64,000 bases of DNA from Isurus oxyrinchus (Eukaryota). Below, in pieces: positions 1-11,992 of the stretch; position 1 is the first letter of the stretch, and the number at the start of each line of letters is the position of its first letter. Position numbers and translations under genes: made by a program. The stretch lies in the NCBI GenBank assembly GCA_026770705.1, contig JANJGN010000071.1:1860001-1924000 (forward strand), written 5' to 3'. The notes under the pieces are model-generated. The model ran no database searches. It was not told the DNA's origin and saw only the letters and a program-made list of their open reading frames with translations.

Positions 1-807
1 AGAATTAGATCAGCTCCCTGAAGTGTCTCCAGTTAGACATTCATCTGACAGGATTGACTCTACAACCCTGGGGACTCATTCTCCTGTAAGTAAAACACTT
101 GCTGCTCCTGTCAAATCTCTTCTGTACAGCATGGTCTCTGGATGTCCCAGAACACTTTACAGTTGAGTTCACCCTTTTTTCGAAGTGTGGTTACTATTGT
201 AATGTAGGAAACGCAGCAGCCAATTAGCGCACAGCAAGCTCCCACAAACAGCAATGTGATCATCTGTTTTTGGTGATGTTGGTTGAGGGATAAATATTGG
301 TCCCAGGACACCGGGGAGATCTCCCCCCTGCTCTTCCTCCAAATAGTGGCTGTGGGATCTTTCACACCCGCCCGAGAAGGCAGACGGGGGACTCGGTTTA
401 GTGTCTAATATTGGACTAATCTCCAGGCGAGGTTGGCTGGATGGATTATTGACAAGGTCCATTCACCCTGTAAAGAGTTTCTCTGGTTTGAAATACCCAA
501 TCAAACATCGAGTTCTGTGTCTAAACCTTGTGTTGAAAAGACACCTTTCCAGCTCTTCACCTGCCATTAGCTTGTTGAGTCTTCACACGCTCCGTCTGTC
601 CGTGACCAACCCCTCTTAGCTCATCCTTTCCTTGTCGTACATCGAGCTGTTCATCCTGACGGGTTCCATCCTTCCCAGTAACACTCCAACTCCGACATCA
701 AACTAACTCCCAACACGTTGATGAATTGTATGGATTCCAGCGTCAGTTGGTTCTGTCTGAGGCTGTTTCTCTGATCGGGGACCGAGCTGTTCTGAACGGA
801 CATTGTG
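1..807. repeat. Segmental duplicate of 43244-44050
   Basis: Near-identical sequence at offset 43243; e.g. ORFs 111-365/43354-43608 and 401-619/43644-43862 translate almost identically. Confidence 0.95.
170..405 (-). mobile_element. SINE fragment (dispersed family, also at ~11535-11835 in the opposite orientation and 43412-43648)
   Basis: Recurrent motifs 'cccacaaacagcaatgtgatc' and 'aaatagtggctgtgggatctttcacacccgcccgaga' found in both orientations elsewhere in the window. Confidence 0.65.
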
Positions 808-1174
808 TTCAGCAGTTCTTATTGCAGATCAGGCTGTTCAACCAATGCTGCTGTTCACTGAGGTGACTCCGATTCTACATTCACACATTAATGATCTCAT
901 GTCCAGCAGCAAACATCTGAATGAAGCCAGGTTCAAGAAAAATCCCAGCTGCTTGATCCGACAGTTATCTGTTCAGGCATGGCGCCTTGTTCCAAATAAC
1001 AAACATTATTTAAAAATAGTCATCACACGAGCCTGGTTAACAAGGAAATGAAACCATGAACAATTTGCAGTGAAGTGAAACGTACAGGACAATCTATTTA
1101 TATTGAGCTGATGATATAGAATGTTACACGAGGCATGTTGCTAATTTCAAACATCATCTGAATTACGACAGTTC

Positions 1175-1500
1175 TGACAGTGCAGCACTCCCTCAGTACT
1201 GACCCTCTGACAGTGCAGCACTCCCTCAGTACTGACCCTCTGACAGTGCAGCACTCTCTCACTACTGACCCTCTGACAGTGCAGCACTCCCTCAGTACTG
1301 ACCCTCTGACAGTGCAGCACTCCCTCAGTACTGACCCTCTGACAGTGCAGCACTCCCTCAGTACTGACCCTCTGACAGTGCAGCACTCCCTCACTACTGA
1401 CCCTCTGACAGTGCAGCACTACCTCAGTACTGACCCTCTGACAGTGCAGCACTCCCTCAGTACTGACCCTCTGACAGTGCAGCACACCCTCAGTACTCCC
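1175..1500. repeat. 29-bp minisatellite (ctgacagtgcagcactccctcagtactgacc-type)
   Basis: About 11 direct tandem copies with no spacers; gives the 'RECCTVRGSVL' pseudo-ORFs. Confidence 0.95.
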
Positions 1501-2079
1501 TCACTGGGGAGAATCTGCCTGGGTTTTGAGCAGAAATCATGAGCACGTCTTAAAACCACAACCTTCCGTATTAGAGAGAGTGTGTGTGAGAGAGAGAGAG
1601 AGCGAGAGAGACAGAGAGAGTCTGTGAGAGAGAAAAAGAGTTAGAAAGAGTGTGTACNNNNNNNNNNNNNNNNNNNNNNNNNNNNNNNNNNNNNNNNNNN
1701 NNNNNNNNNNNNNNNNNNNNNNNNNNNNNNNNNNNNNNNNNNNNNNNNNNNNNNNNNNNNNNNNNNNNNNNNNNNNNNNNNNNNNNNGGGAGAGATTGTG
1801 CGTATCAGAGAGAGTGTGTGTGTGTGTGAGGGAGGATGTGTGTGTGAGGGAGAGATTGTGTGTGTGTGAGAGAGATTCTGTGTGTGTATGTGAGAGAGAT
1901 TCTGTGTGTGTGAGGGAGAGTGTGTGTGTGTGTGAGAGATTCTGTGTGTGTGAGGGAGAGAGTGCATGAGAGTGAGAAAGAGGGAGACAGCAGAAGAGAA
2001 AGATAGAGAGAGATGGTAAATGTTTGAGAGAGAGAGAATGAGAGTGTCTGAGAGAGAGAGAATGTATGTGTGTGAGAGA

Positions 2080-2177
2080 GAGAGAATGTGTGTGTGTGAG
2101 AGAGAGAATGTGTGTGTGTGAGAGAGAGATAGAGCAGAAGAGTGTGATAGAGAGAGATTGTGTTTGTTAGAGAGAGA

Positions 2178-2208
<31 letters not shown>

Positions 2209-3540
2209 CAGAAGAGTGTGATAGAGAGAGATTGTGAGTGTTAGAGAGAGAATGTGTGAGAGAGAGAGAGAGATAGAGCAGAAGAGTGTGATAGAGAGAG
2301 ATTGTGAGTGTTAGAGAGAGAATGTGTGTGTGAGAGAGAGAGAGATAGAGCAGAAGAGTGTGATAGAGAGAGATTGTGAATGTTAGAGAGAGAATGTGTG
2401 TGTGTGAGAGAGAGATAGAGAGCAGAAGAGTGCGATAGAGAGAGATTGTGAGTGTTAGAGAGAGAATGTGTGTGTGTGAGAGAGAGAGAGATAGAGAGCA
2501 GAAGAGTGCGATAGAGAGAGATTGTGAATGTTAGAGAGAGAATGTGTGTGTGTGACAGAGATAGAGCAGAAGAGTGTGATAGAGAAAAATTTTGTGAGTG
2601 TAAGAGCGAGAATGTGTGTGTGAGAGAGAGAGAGAGAGAGAGCAGAAGAGTGTGATAGAGAGAGATTGTGAATGTTAGAGAGAGAATGTGTGTGTGTGAG
2701 AGAGAGATAGAGCAGAGGAGTGTGATAGAGAGAGATTGTGAGTGTTAGAGAGAGAATGTGTGTGTGTGTGAGAGAGAGATAGAGCAGAAGAGTGTGATAG
2801 AGAGAGATTGTGAGTGTTAGAGAGAGAATGTGTGTGTGAGAGAGAGAGAGATAGAGCAGAAGAGTGTGATAGAGAGAGATTGTGAATGTTAGAGAGAGAA
2901 TGTGTGTGTGTGAGAGAGAGATAGAGAGCAGAAGAGTGCGATAGAGAGAGATTGTGAGTGTTAGAGAGAGAATGTGTGTGTGTGTGAGAGAGAGAGAGAT
3001 AGAGAGCAGAAGAGTGCGATAGAGAGAGATTGTGAATGTTAGAGAGAGAATGTGTGTGTGTGAGAGAGATAGAGCAGAAGAATGTGATAGAGAAAAATTT
3101 TGTGAGTGTAAGAGCGAGAATGTGTGTGTGAGAGAGAGAGAGAGAGAGAGCAGAAGAGTGTGATAGAGAGAGATTGTGAATGTTAGAGAGAGAATGTGTG
3201 TGTGTGAGAGAGAGATAGAGCAGAGGAGTGTGATAGAGAGAGATTGTGAGTGTTAGTGAGAGAATGTGTGTGTGTGAGAGAGAGAGAGAGAGCAGAAGAG
3301 TGTGATAGAGACAGATTGTGAGTGTTAGAGAGAGAATGTGTGTGTGAGAGAGAGAGAGATAGAGCAGAAGAGTGTGATAGAGAGAGATTGTGAGTGTTAG
3401 AGAGAGAATGTGTGTGTGTGAGAGAGAGAGATAGAGCAGAAGAATGTGATAGAGACAGATTGTGAGTGTTAGAGAGAAAATGTGTGTGTGTGTGAGAGAG
3501 AGAGATAGAGCAGAAGAGTGCGATAGATAGAGAGTGTGAG
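2080..3540. repeat. ~55-62-bp compound GA/GT satellite
   Basis: Unit 'gagcagaagagtgtgatagagagagattgtgagtgttagagagagaatgtgtgtgtg(ag)n' repeated more than 20 times; second array at 44640-45562. Confidence 0.95.
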
Positions 3541-3808
3541 GGCTAAACTCACTGAGAGAAAAAGCTGGACACCCAGCACAGGGAGTGAGGGAACAATGAA
3601 TTTTTGCCGTGTTTGGTGAATCGGTTTGCGATGTCCCTTCTCAATCTCTCCTTCCTTGTCTTGACATTAGATAATTCCCTGGGGCTGTTTAATTCCCTGA
3701 AAGGTGCCATTTAAACACAAGTTGTTGTTGTTTGAGGAAGAAACGCTGGGGACAATTTATGAAAAAGTCTCTGTCTTTATCATTTTCCATTTAGATGAGG
3801 AACTGAAG

Positions 3809-3854
3809 ATGGGAGAGGTCGGTCTGATATTGATCTTCATCAGCTTGCTGCAAG
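3809..3854 (+). pseudogene. Siglec-like gene A, signal-peptide exon (MGEVGLILIFISLLQ-G)
   Basis: ATG at 3809, hydrophobic core, phase-1 donor CAAG|gt at 3855, acceptor ttag at 3791-3794; ends SLLQ like the gene B leader. Confidence 0.8.
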
Positions 3855-4184
3855 GTACAAATTCATTACTGATCGGAACTCAGGGAATTGGATTCTTTCC
3901 TGGAGTGAGGAAGTGAACATTTAATTTTAGAGAACAGGGTTAGTGATCACACAGAGAGTGAGTGATTAGCGAGTCAGAGAATTTAGCAAAAGAAAAAGTC
4001 TCATACGGACTCGAAACACCAACTCTGTTTCTCTCTCCACAGATGCTGTCAGACCTGCTGAGTTTCTCCAGCATTTTCTGTTTGTGCATCAGAGAGCTTG
4101 TTTCAATAGGAATGACAGTGCATTTATATAGCACCTTTAATGCAGTAAAACATCCTTATTGCTTCACAGGATTCCCCCACAAGG

Positions 4185-4640
4185 GGTAACATCCCCTCAG
4201 CATCCACCCTGTCAAACCCCCCACCACCTCAGAATCTTATATGTTTCAATAAGATCACCTCTCATTCTTCTAAACTCCAATGGATACAGGGCCCAACCTG
4301 CTCAACATTTCCTCATAAGACAAACCCCCTTCATCCCAGGAATCAGCCCAGTGATCCTCCTCTGAACTGCCTCCAATGCAGAGTCTATCCCTCCCTAAGT
4401 AAGGAGACCAGAACTGTACACACTGCTCCTGATACAATCTCACCAACGCCCTGTATAGTTGTAGCAAGACTTCCCTCCTTTTATACTCCATCCCTTTGCA
4501 ATAAAGGCCAACATTCCACTTGCCTTCCTCATTCCGTGCTGTTCCTGAATGCTGACTTTCTGTGATTCATGTACATGGACACCCAGATCCCTCTGTACCG
4601 CATTCTGTAGACTCTCTCCATTGAAGTAATATTCTGCTTT
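4185..4640 (-). mobile_element. CR1-type LINE 3' fragment
   Basis: Minus-strand translation MEYKRREVLLQLYRALVR..CVQFWSPYL..GLSYEE.L.RLG, typical of the CR1 ORF2 C-terminus. Confidence 0.8.
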
Positions 4641-4674
4641 TTGATGTTCAGTCCCCTCCCTTGTTGCCTTTCAG

Positions 4675-4963
4675 GAGTGATGTCAGAGGGATAGTCTATG
4701 AAGGCGCTGCCTCGGAGGGCCATCAGCAGCTCTTGTGTGGTTATTCCGTGTAGCTTTGACTTTCCTTCCCACTCTTACACAGCACTGCACGGAGCTTGGT
4801 ATAAATATTGGTATAGATGGAAATATACCATCACATACACCAAAGATCCCAATTATGGGGTGGACACATTCGTGGGACGTGCTAAAATAATCGGCGACTT
4901 GGAAGGGAAGAATTGTTCGGTGAGGATTGACAGTCTCAGAGCTGAAGACAGTGACGTGTATTG
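4675..4963 (+). pseudogene. Siglec-like gene A, V-set Ig exon (pseudogenised)
   Basis: Acceptor ttcag|GA in phase 1; reads GVMSEG*SMK..SSCVVIPCSFDFP..HGAWYK..GRAKIIGDLEGKNCSVRIDSLRAEDSDVY; TAG at 4692-4694; truncated in the F strand by Gypsy sequence. Confidence 0.85.
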
Positions 4964-5363
4964 CACCCAATTCTAAATCTTTTCACCAATTAGTCGACCT
5001 CATGAAGATGTATTTTCAGCTGAAGCCGTGGGTAATAATGAAAAGGTTTAAGTTTAACTCCAGAGTAAGGGCCCAGGGAGAGTCCATCGCAACCTATACA
5101 GTGAAGTGGAAGCAGGTGACTGAGCACTGGGACCTCGGAGACACACTCAATGACATGTTGCGGGGCCGATTGGTTTGTGTCGTTCACCCCAACGCCATTC
5201 AGAGCCGTTTACTCGCAGAAGCCGACATCGATTTGAAGCGCACCATGGAAATAGCGCCAGGCATGGAAAGTGCTGGGAGAGACTGGCGGGATTTACAGGA
5301 TGTACAACATGGCACCAGTCCTCAGCTGGGACAGGAACCAACCACCGGGCGTGAGGCTCAAAC

Positions 5364-5398
<35 letters not shown>

Positions 5399-6330
5399 CC
5401 GCCAAGCGAGAGACAGTCTCTGCTGCTCCACAAACTAAAAGGCTTCGTGGGAGTATTTCAGCAGCAACTCCGAAGTTGGCCTGTTCTCGATGTGGGGGGG
5501 AGTGAGCTCGTACCGGACACCTGCAGGTTCAAGGGGGCAGAATGCCATCACTGCCACAAGAAAGGGGCGGGTAATAAAGCAATGCAGGGTGAAATCGAGA
5601 CAGCCCATCAGACAGTGCACCAACATGATGGAAGTGAATAATATCACAGAGCCTGAAGCTGCTGATACCGATGTCTATTCCCTGTCCAATGTCACAGTGG
5701 TAAAAACTGAACCTATAACCATCACAACCCAAGTGAATGGGCAGCCACTAGTAATGGGGCAGATACGGGAGCCTCAGACACAGTGGTGGAAGAGCCCACA
5801 TTTAAACAGCTAAATGAAGGAACCCAGACGCTGAATTTAGAGCCAACAATGGATCAGCTGAAGACACACACTGGAGAATCCATACAGGGAAAGGACCTGG
5901 TCCCAGTACCTGTGTCCTACAGGCAGCAGACAGCCCAGCTTCCAGTGATCATAGCGACAGGTGAGGGCCCTAGTCTTCTGGGCCGAGACTGGTTCCAGAA
6001 AACCAAGCTCAGCTGCTCTGAAATGTTTCACTGGAGGAGTTGCTGAGTTGCTGGGGGAATATGAGAGTGTATCTCGGAATGAGTTTGAAGAATTGAAGCA
6101 TCCTCACAGGCTGCAAGTGTCCCTCAGGTCAGAGTTGGTTCCACTGGAAAATCCTGAAGAGAAAGAAAGCGAATTCTGTGCCGCTCTGAGCAAACTGAAG
6201 AAACAGTTGGCAGGGAAGACCCAACCATGTCCAATGTTCCAGGAGGAAGGCAAGAGATACAAGGAAGAGACTGAAGAGCTGAAGATTCAGCTGAATGAAA
6301 CCAAAGAGGCAGTTACAGTATCACAACAAG
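4960..6330 (+). mobile_element. Degenerate Ty3/Gypsy LTR retrotransposon gag-protease fragment
   Basis: Gag-like 'KRFKFNSRVRAQGESIATY..LNDMLRGRLVC..IQSRLLAE', zinc-knuckle remnants CSRCGG and CHHCHKKG, protease-end motif GPSLLGRDW; frameshifted; no 5' LTR seen. Confidence 0.8.
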
Positions 6331-6334
6331 TTTA

Positions 6335-6710
6335 CAGTGCAGAAGGAGGCCATTCAGCCCCTTGAGCCTGTTACACAGGAACAGGAGGAGGCCATTCAGC
6401 CCCCTCAAGCCTGTTACACAGGAACAGGAGGAGGCCATTCAGTCCCCTCGAGCCTGTTACACAGGAACCAGAAGAGGCCCATTCAGCCCCCTCGAGACTG
6501 TTACACAGGAACCAGAAGAGGCCCATTCAGCCCCCTCGAGACTGTTACACAGGAACAGGAGGAGGCCATTCAGTCCCCTCGAGCCTGTTACACAGGAACC
6601 AGAAGAGGCCCATTCAGCCCCCTCAAGACTGTTACACAGAAACAGGAGGAGGCCATTCTGCCACTTATGTCCGTTATACAGGAACAGGAGGAGGCCATTC
6701 AGCCCCTTGT
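6335..6710. repeat. 39/40-bp tandem repeat (gagcctgttacacaggaacaggaggaggccattcagcccctc)
   Basis: About 9 direct copies. Confidence 0.9.
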
Positions 6711-7094
6711 AGGGTGTGGTGGTGTGTGTCAGCTTCACCTGCGACTTCTGAGCCGTCTGAATCGCTCCCACTCCCTGGGTTCTAGACCTTGGACTTATTC
6801 GGGGCTTGTCACAAAGTGCAGCAGACAACTGGTTTTGGTGCAAGACAAAAACTGAGTTTACTGAAGTCACAAATGAACTTATAACATTAGGATGACACTG
6901 AGATTATACAGACTTACAAAGTACACTGAGTTAAGAATGGGGAACACACGGCATAACGAGGGAGAATCACGCTACTAATGCCCTTACCCTTGTCCCACCC
7001 CCAAACCCTAACTAAATTGCACTAGGAGAGGTCAGGGGTCATGCTCACCAACCCAGGGTTCCTTGACAGTTGGAAATTTTGAGAACCCTTCAAG

Positions 7095-7710
7095 AGATGG
7101 GGAGGGTTACAGGGGCTGGAGGAGGTTACAGAGATAGGGAGGGTTGTAGGGGCTGGAGGAGGTTACAGAGATAAGGAGTGTTGTAGGGGCTGGAGGAGGT
7201 TACAGAGATAGGGAGGGTTGTAAGTGCTGGAAGCTGTTCCAGAGATAGGGAGGGTTGTAGGGGCTGGAGGAGGTTACAGGTATAGGGAGGGTTGTAGGGG
7301 CTGGAGGATGACACAGAGATAGGGCGAGTTGCAGGGGGTGGAGCAGGTTGTAGAGATAGGGAGGGTTGTAGGGACTGGAAGAGATTACAGAAATAGGGAG
7401 GGTTGTGGTGGTTGGAGGATGTTACAGAGATGGGCAGGATTGTCAAGGCTGGTGGAGGCTTGGGAGATTATTAGGGTTACAGTGGCTAGAGGAGGTGACA
7501 TGTATAGGGGTGTTGTCGGGCTGGAGGTTGTTACAGGGATAGGGAGGATTGTATGGGCTTGTGAAGGAGGTTACAGATATAGGGAGGGTTGTGGGAGGTG
7601 GAGGAGGTTACAGAGATGGGGAGGATTGTAGGGGCAGGTGGAGGTTACAGAGATAGGGAGGGTTGTAGGGGCTGGAGGAAAGGGACAGAGAGAGGAGGTT
7701 ACAGATATAG
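7095..7710. repeat. 33-bp G-rich minisatellite (gagatagggagggttgtaggggctggaggaggttaca)
   Basis: Tandem degenerate copies; same unit at 10330-11190, 46050-46290, 48950-50400, 54745-55125. Confidence 0.95.
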
Positions 7711-7869
7711 GGAGGGAGACAGTCAGAGAGAGAGCCTCCAGGAGATAGAGAGCGATAGAGAGATTGAGAGACAGACAGAGACTGAGAGAGGGGGAAGAGA
7801 GAAGGAGAGTGAGAGAGAGAGAGAGCGATTGTGAAAGATGGTGGAAGGGAAGAGTGGGGAGGAGGGGGC

Positions 7870-8210
7870 CTGATGGTATTTTCGCTGGACCAGTAATCCA
7901 GAGACCCAGTGTAATGCTCCTGGGACCCTGGTTAGAATCTCACCACAGCAGTTGGTGGAATTTCAATTCAATAAAAACCTGGAATTAAAAGTCCGATGAT
8001 GACCAGGAAACCATTGCTGATTCTTGTATTTGGGTCACAAATGCCCTTTAGGGAGGGAAATCTGCTGTCCTTACCTGGTCTGGCCTACATGTGACTCCAG
8101 ACCCACAGCAATGTGGTTCACTTTTAAAAAGTGGCCTCTGAACAAGGGCAATTAGGGTTGGGCAATAAATGCTGGCCTAGGCAGTGATGTCCACATCACA
8201 TGAAAGAATG
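7870..8210 (+). mobile_element. tRNA-derived SINE with LINE-like 3' tail
   Basis: B-box-like 'ggttagaatctcaccac', conserved body 'agggaaatctgctgtccttacctggtctggcctacatgtgactcc', tail 'aataaatgctggcct..gaatgaa'; related copies at ~24805-25060 and 46457-46795. Confidence 0.6.
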
Positions 8211-8799
8211 AAATAAAAGGACAGAGAGGGACAGACAGAGTCGAGAGACACCCAGAATGAAAAAAAACACAGTAAACACTGGAAAATAAACATTCTGGTC
8301 TGATCTGGTCTTGTATACCTTCAAATGGAACACCAGTAAAACAGGGAAATAAGAGTACTGGGCCAAACTGTTAGAGAGGGTCACATTTAGAGAGAGAGAG
8401 AGAGAGAGAGAAAGAGGGAGACACTGAAAGAGATAAGGACAAGGAAAGAAAGAGTGAGAGAGAGAGAGACAGACAGAGACACACAAAGAAGTAGAAAGAA
8501 AGTGATAGAGATGAAGCAGGAGAGAATGAGGAGAAAGATAGATAGATAGAGAGAGAGGATGGTAGAGAAAGAGAACGAGAGGAAAAGAGACAAAGGCAGA
8601 ATGTGATGGAACACTGAATCCTTGTCTATGCATTTTGAAATCCAGCCCAGAACTATCATTGGAAGATTCAGCGAGTGTCCAGTACAGGGGACCCAGCCCA
8701 ACCTTCTCATCCTGACCTTCCCAGTGGGGCTGAAGAGGGCAGAGAGGAAACCTTCCTCTGTTATTCTGTTGTCGAATAAACACAACAATTCTGGAACTC

Positions 8800-9400
8800 T
8801 GCCCTTTCTATCTCACGGATTAGAATATAAGGGGGCAGAGGTCATGCTTCAGTCTACATAAAGCCCTGGCTAGACCACACCTGGAGTCACTGTGAGACAT
8901 TCTGGGCCCCACACCTTAGGAAGGATATATTGACCTCGGAGGGAGAGCAGTGTCAGTTTACCAGAATGAGACCGGGACTCCAAGGGTTAAATCACAAGGA
9001 GAGATTAAACACAAACTCGGCTTGTATTCCCTGGAAGTTAGAATGTTAAGCAGGAGATTTGATGAAAGTTCGCATGATAATAAGGGGAACAGATCGGGGG
9101 CGATAAAGAGAAACCATTTCCCCTGGTTGGGGGGAGTCTGGGACTCAGGGTCAGAGCCTAAAAAGGAATTAAATTAGGAAGTACAAAGGGTGGGAGAAAT
9201 TTGGAACTCTCTTCCCCAAACAGGAACTGATGCACGATCAAGTTGTTCATTTTAAACCTGTGAGACTGATAGATTTTTGTTATCCAAAGGTATTAAAGGA
9301 GATGGGACAAAGCCATATGGGGCTAGTTTGCAGATCAGCCATGATCTCATTGAATGGTGGAGCAGGCTCGAGGGGCCAAATGGCCTCCTCCTACCCTCAT
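8800..9400 (+). mobile_element. CR1-type LINE 3' fragment
   Basis: 'LEYKGAEVMLQ..', 'LGLYSLE', and the 3' end 'gaatggtggagcaggctcgaggggccaaatggcctcctcct'; duplicate at ~47380-48000. Confidence 0.7.
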
Positions 9401-9749
9401 GTAATAGAAACTTACCTGTCAGAAGCCAGTTTATGTTGATGTGAGTCTGAGTCGATGACTGAACCCAGTTGGTAACTTGTTCCATACAAAGCAAGAACGT
9501 TCATGCCCTTCAATGTTCCTGGATAAACCATGAACAAAGCTGGTGACAGACAGTCTCCACATGGTAAACAGTTAACCCCTAAACCTCAGCGTAAATCAGT
9601 TCCCCCTCGAGGCCCCTTGTCCAAAATAAAAGCAACGCACACAATTTGTAAAATAGTAAGTGTAGCAATGAGAGGAGTAAGGGGTTAGGGGGCATGCGGT
9701 TCACCTGATTTGCCGACATAAGAACCAGCCCCTCTGTTTTTGCTATGTT

Positions 9750-9965
9750 GTGTTGCGTCAATATGAACACATATCTGCACAAGGTGAAGGGCGTTGCGGA
9801 GGGACTGATAGTTCTCGGTGCCAGACAGTCAATGTCCCAGTGACCTTACTGCTGGTCCCAGGCCAGTGGGACAGGGAACATCGACACTGCAATATCCAGA
9901 AATGGGTGTGATACCACACAGCAACCCGCCCCCGGCTGTCCCCTTCAAGTGTTTCAGGTATAAGA
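9750..9965 (+). promoter_or_regulatory. Putative TATA promoter of the secreted-peptide (hepcidin-like) gene, copy 1
   Basis: TATAAG at 9959-9964, about 75-90 nt upstream of the ATGs; C/EBP-type TTGCGTCAAT at 9753-9762; GGTGCCAGAC at 9817-9826; GC box at ~9925. Confidence 0.5.
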
Positions 9966-10050
9966 GCAGGAAGCTCCTCTAGTTACAAACCAAAGCATCA
10001 AAGCAGAGCCAGAAGATCAGAAGAGACAGGCAGAGATGGGAAGCTCCCAG

Positions 10051-10128
10051 ATGAAATGGCGACTTGTCTTGTTCACTCTGACTTTGCTGCTCTCCCTGCA
10101 GCTGAGTCACTTCTTCTCCTTGTCGAGG
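10051..10128 (+). CDS. Signal-peptide exon 1 of a small secreted precursor, hepcidin-like (MKWRLVLFTLTLLLSLQLSHFFSLSR), copy 1
   Basis: Basic n-region plus Leu-rich h-region; in-frame upstream ATG at 10036; phase-0 donor AGG|gtaag at 10129. The exon is well supported; the hepcidin identity is inference. Confidence 0.6.
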
Positions 10129-10329
10129 GTAAGCTAAGAGATGTCCCTCTGGGTGAGGTGTTTCTTGCACATGACTCTACGTCTACCACCCAGATAGACT
10201 GGTCTCTTCCGCAGTTTGATATTATTATGTTCGTGCCTTTAATATTGTCGCCCTCTATGAATTTAACATCATTTCCTTCTGTCGTTTCCCCTGAAATTCT
10301 CATTCTTGTTTTCAATCCCTCCTCAGCCA

Positions 10330-11190
10330 CTCCCTATCTCTGTAACCTCCACCAGGCCTTACAACCCTCCCTATCTCTGTAACCTCCTCCAGCCCCTACA
10401 CCCCTCCCTATCTCTGTAACCTCCTCCAGCCGCTACAACCCTCCCTATATCTGTAACCTCCTCCAGCCCCTACAACAATCCCTATCTCTGTAACTTCCTC
10501 CAGCCCCTACAACTGTCCCTATCTCCGTAACCTCCTCCAGCCCCTACAACCCTCCCTATCTCTGTAACCTCCTCCAGCCCCTATAAACCTCCCTATCTCT
10601 GTAACCTCCTCCAGCCCCTACAACCCTACCTATCTCTGTAACCTCCCCCAGGCCCCACAACCCTCATGATCACTGTAACCTCCTCTAGACCCTACAACCC
10701 TCCCTATCTCTGTAACCTGCTCCAGACCCTACAACCCTCCCTATCTCTGTAACCTCCTCCAGGCCCTACAACCCTCCCTATCTCTGTAACCTCCTCCAGG
10801 CCCCACGACCCTCAGAATCACTGTAACCTCCTCCAGCCCCTACAATGCTCATGAACTCTATAACGTCCTCTCCACACTATAACTCTCCCTATCTCTGTAA
10901 CCTACTATGGCCCCTACAACAGTATCTATTTTGGTAACCTCCTCCAGCCTCTACAACCCTCCCTACCTCTGTAACCTCCTCCAGCCCCCACAACCCCCCC
11001 CATCTCTTTAACCTCCTACAGCCCCTACTCACCTCCCTATCTCTGTAACCTCCTACAGCCCCTACAACCTTCCCTATCTCTGTCACCTCCTACAGCCTCT
11101 AGAACCCTCCCTATCTCTGTTACCTCCTACAGCCTCTACAACCCTCCCTATCTCTGTAACCTCCTCCAGCCGGAACAACCCTACCTAAAT
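10330..11190. repeat. 33-bp minisatellite (C-rich strand on +)
   Basis: Tandem 'ccctatctctgtaacctcctccagcccctacaa'. Confidence 0.95.
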
Positions 11191-11935
11191 CTCTGGTCTG
11201 AGTCTCACTCCAGGGAATTCAGTCCCATAACGTCGGTCAACACTCCGTGCTGAGGGAGTGCTGGACTGTCAGAGGGTCAGTAGTGTGGAAGTGTTGCACT
11301 ATTGGAGGGACAGTACTGAGTGAGTGCTATACTGTCGGAGGTCAGTACTGAGGAAGTGCTGCATTGTTACAGGGTCAGTACTGTGGAAGTGTTGCACTGT
11401 CGGAGGGTCAGTACTGAGGTAGCGCTGCACTGACGGAGGGACAATACTGTGGGAGTGCAGCACTATCGAAGGGTTAGTACTGAGGGAGTGCTGCAGTGTC
11501 AAAGGGTTAGTACTGAGGGAGCACAACAATGTTGAATGAGACATTAAACCGAGTCCCCCGTCTGCCCTCTCGGGCGGGTGTGAAAGATCCCACAGCCACT
11601 ATTTGGAGGAAGAGCAGGGGGTGTTCTCCCCGGTGTCCTGGGACCAATATTTATCCCTCACCCAACATCACCAAAAACAGATGATCTAGGCCATGATCAC
11701 ATTGCTATTTGTGGGATCTTGCTGTGCACAAATCAGCTGCCACATTTCCTACAGTGTGAGTGCACTTCAAAAACATCCTTCAGTGGCTGTGAAATGCTTT
11801 GGGATGTGGTGAAAGGCGTTAGAGAAATGCAAGTCTGTCCTCCTCCCCCTCTCTCTCCTGTACCTCTCTCTCTCTCTCTCCCTCTCCCTCAATCCTCCTC
11901 TCACTTTCTCCCTGATAAATTCTTTCTTTTTGCAG

Positions 11936-11992
11936 GTTGACACTGCTTTAGGTTCTTCGACGATTGAGAAATCTGTGGATTCCCCGGACACG
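11936..11992 (+). CDS. 57-nt phase-0/0 exon 2, pro-region-like (VDTALGSSTIEKSVDSPDT)
   Basis: Strong polypyrimidine acceptor 'tctttctttttgcag|' and donor 'ACG|gtaggt'; in frame with the 10051-10128 exon. Confidence 0.55.

Larger units (their letters stand above)
7070..11100. repeat. Segmental duplicate of ~46030-50050
   Basis: Near-identical unique sequence (8622-8861 = 47202-47441; 10051 = 48671). Confidence 0.9.

Noticed and set aside
1175-1500. 29-bp partly palindromic repeats as a CRISPR array
   Set aside because: Head-to-tail units with no unique spacers, no cas genes, vertebrate intron-exon context
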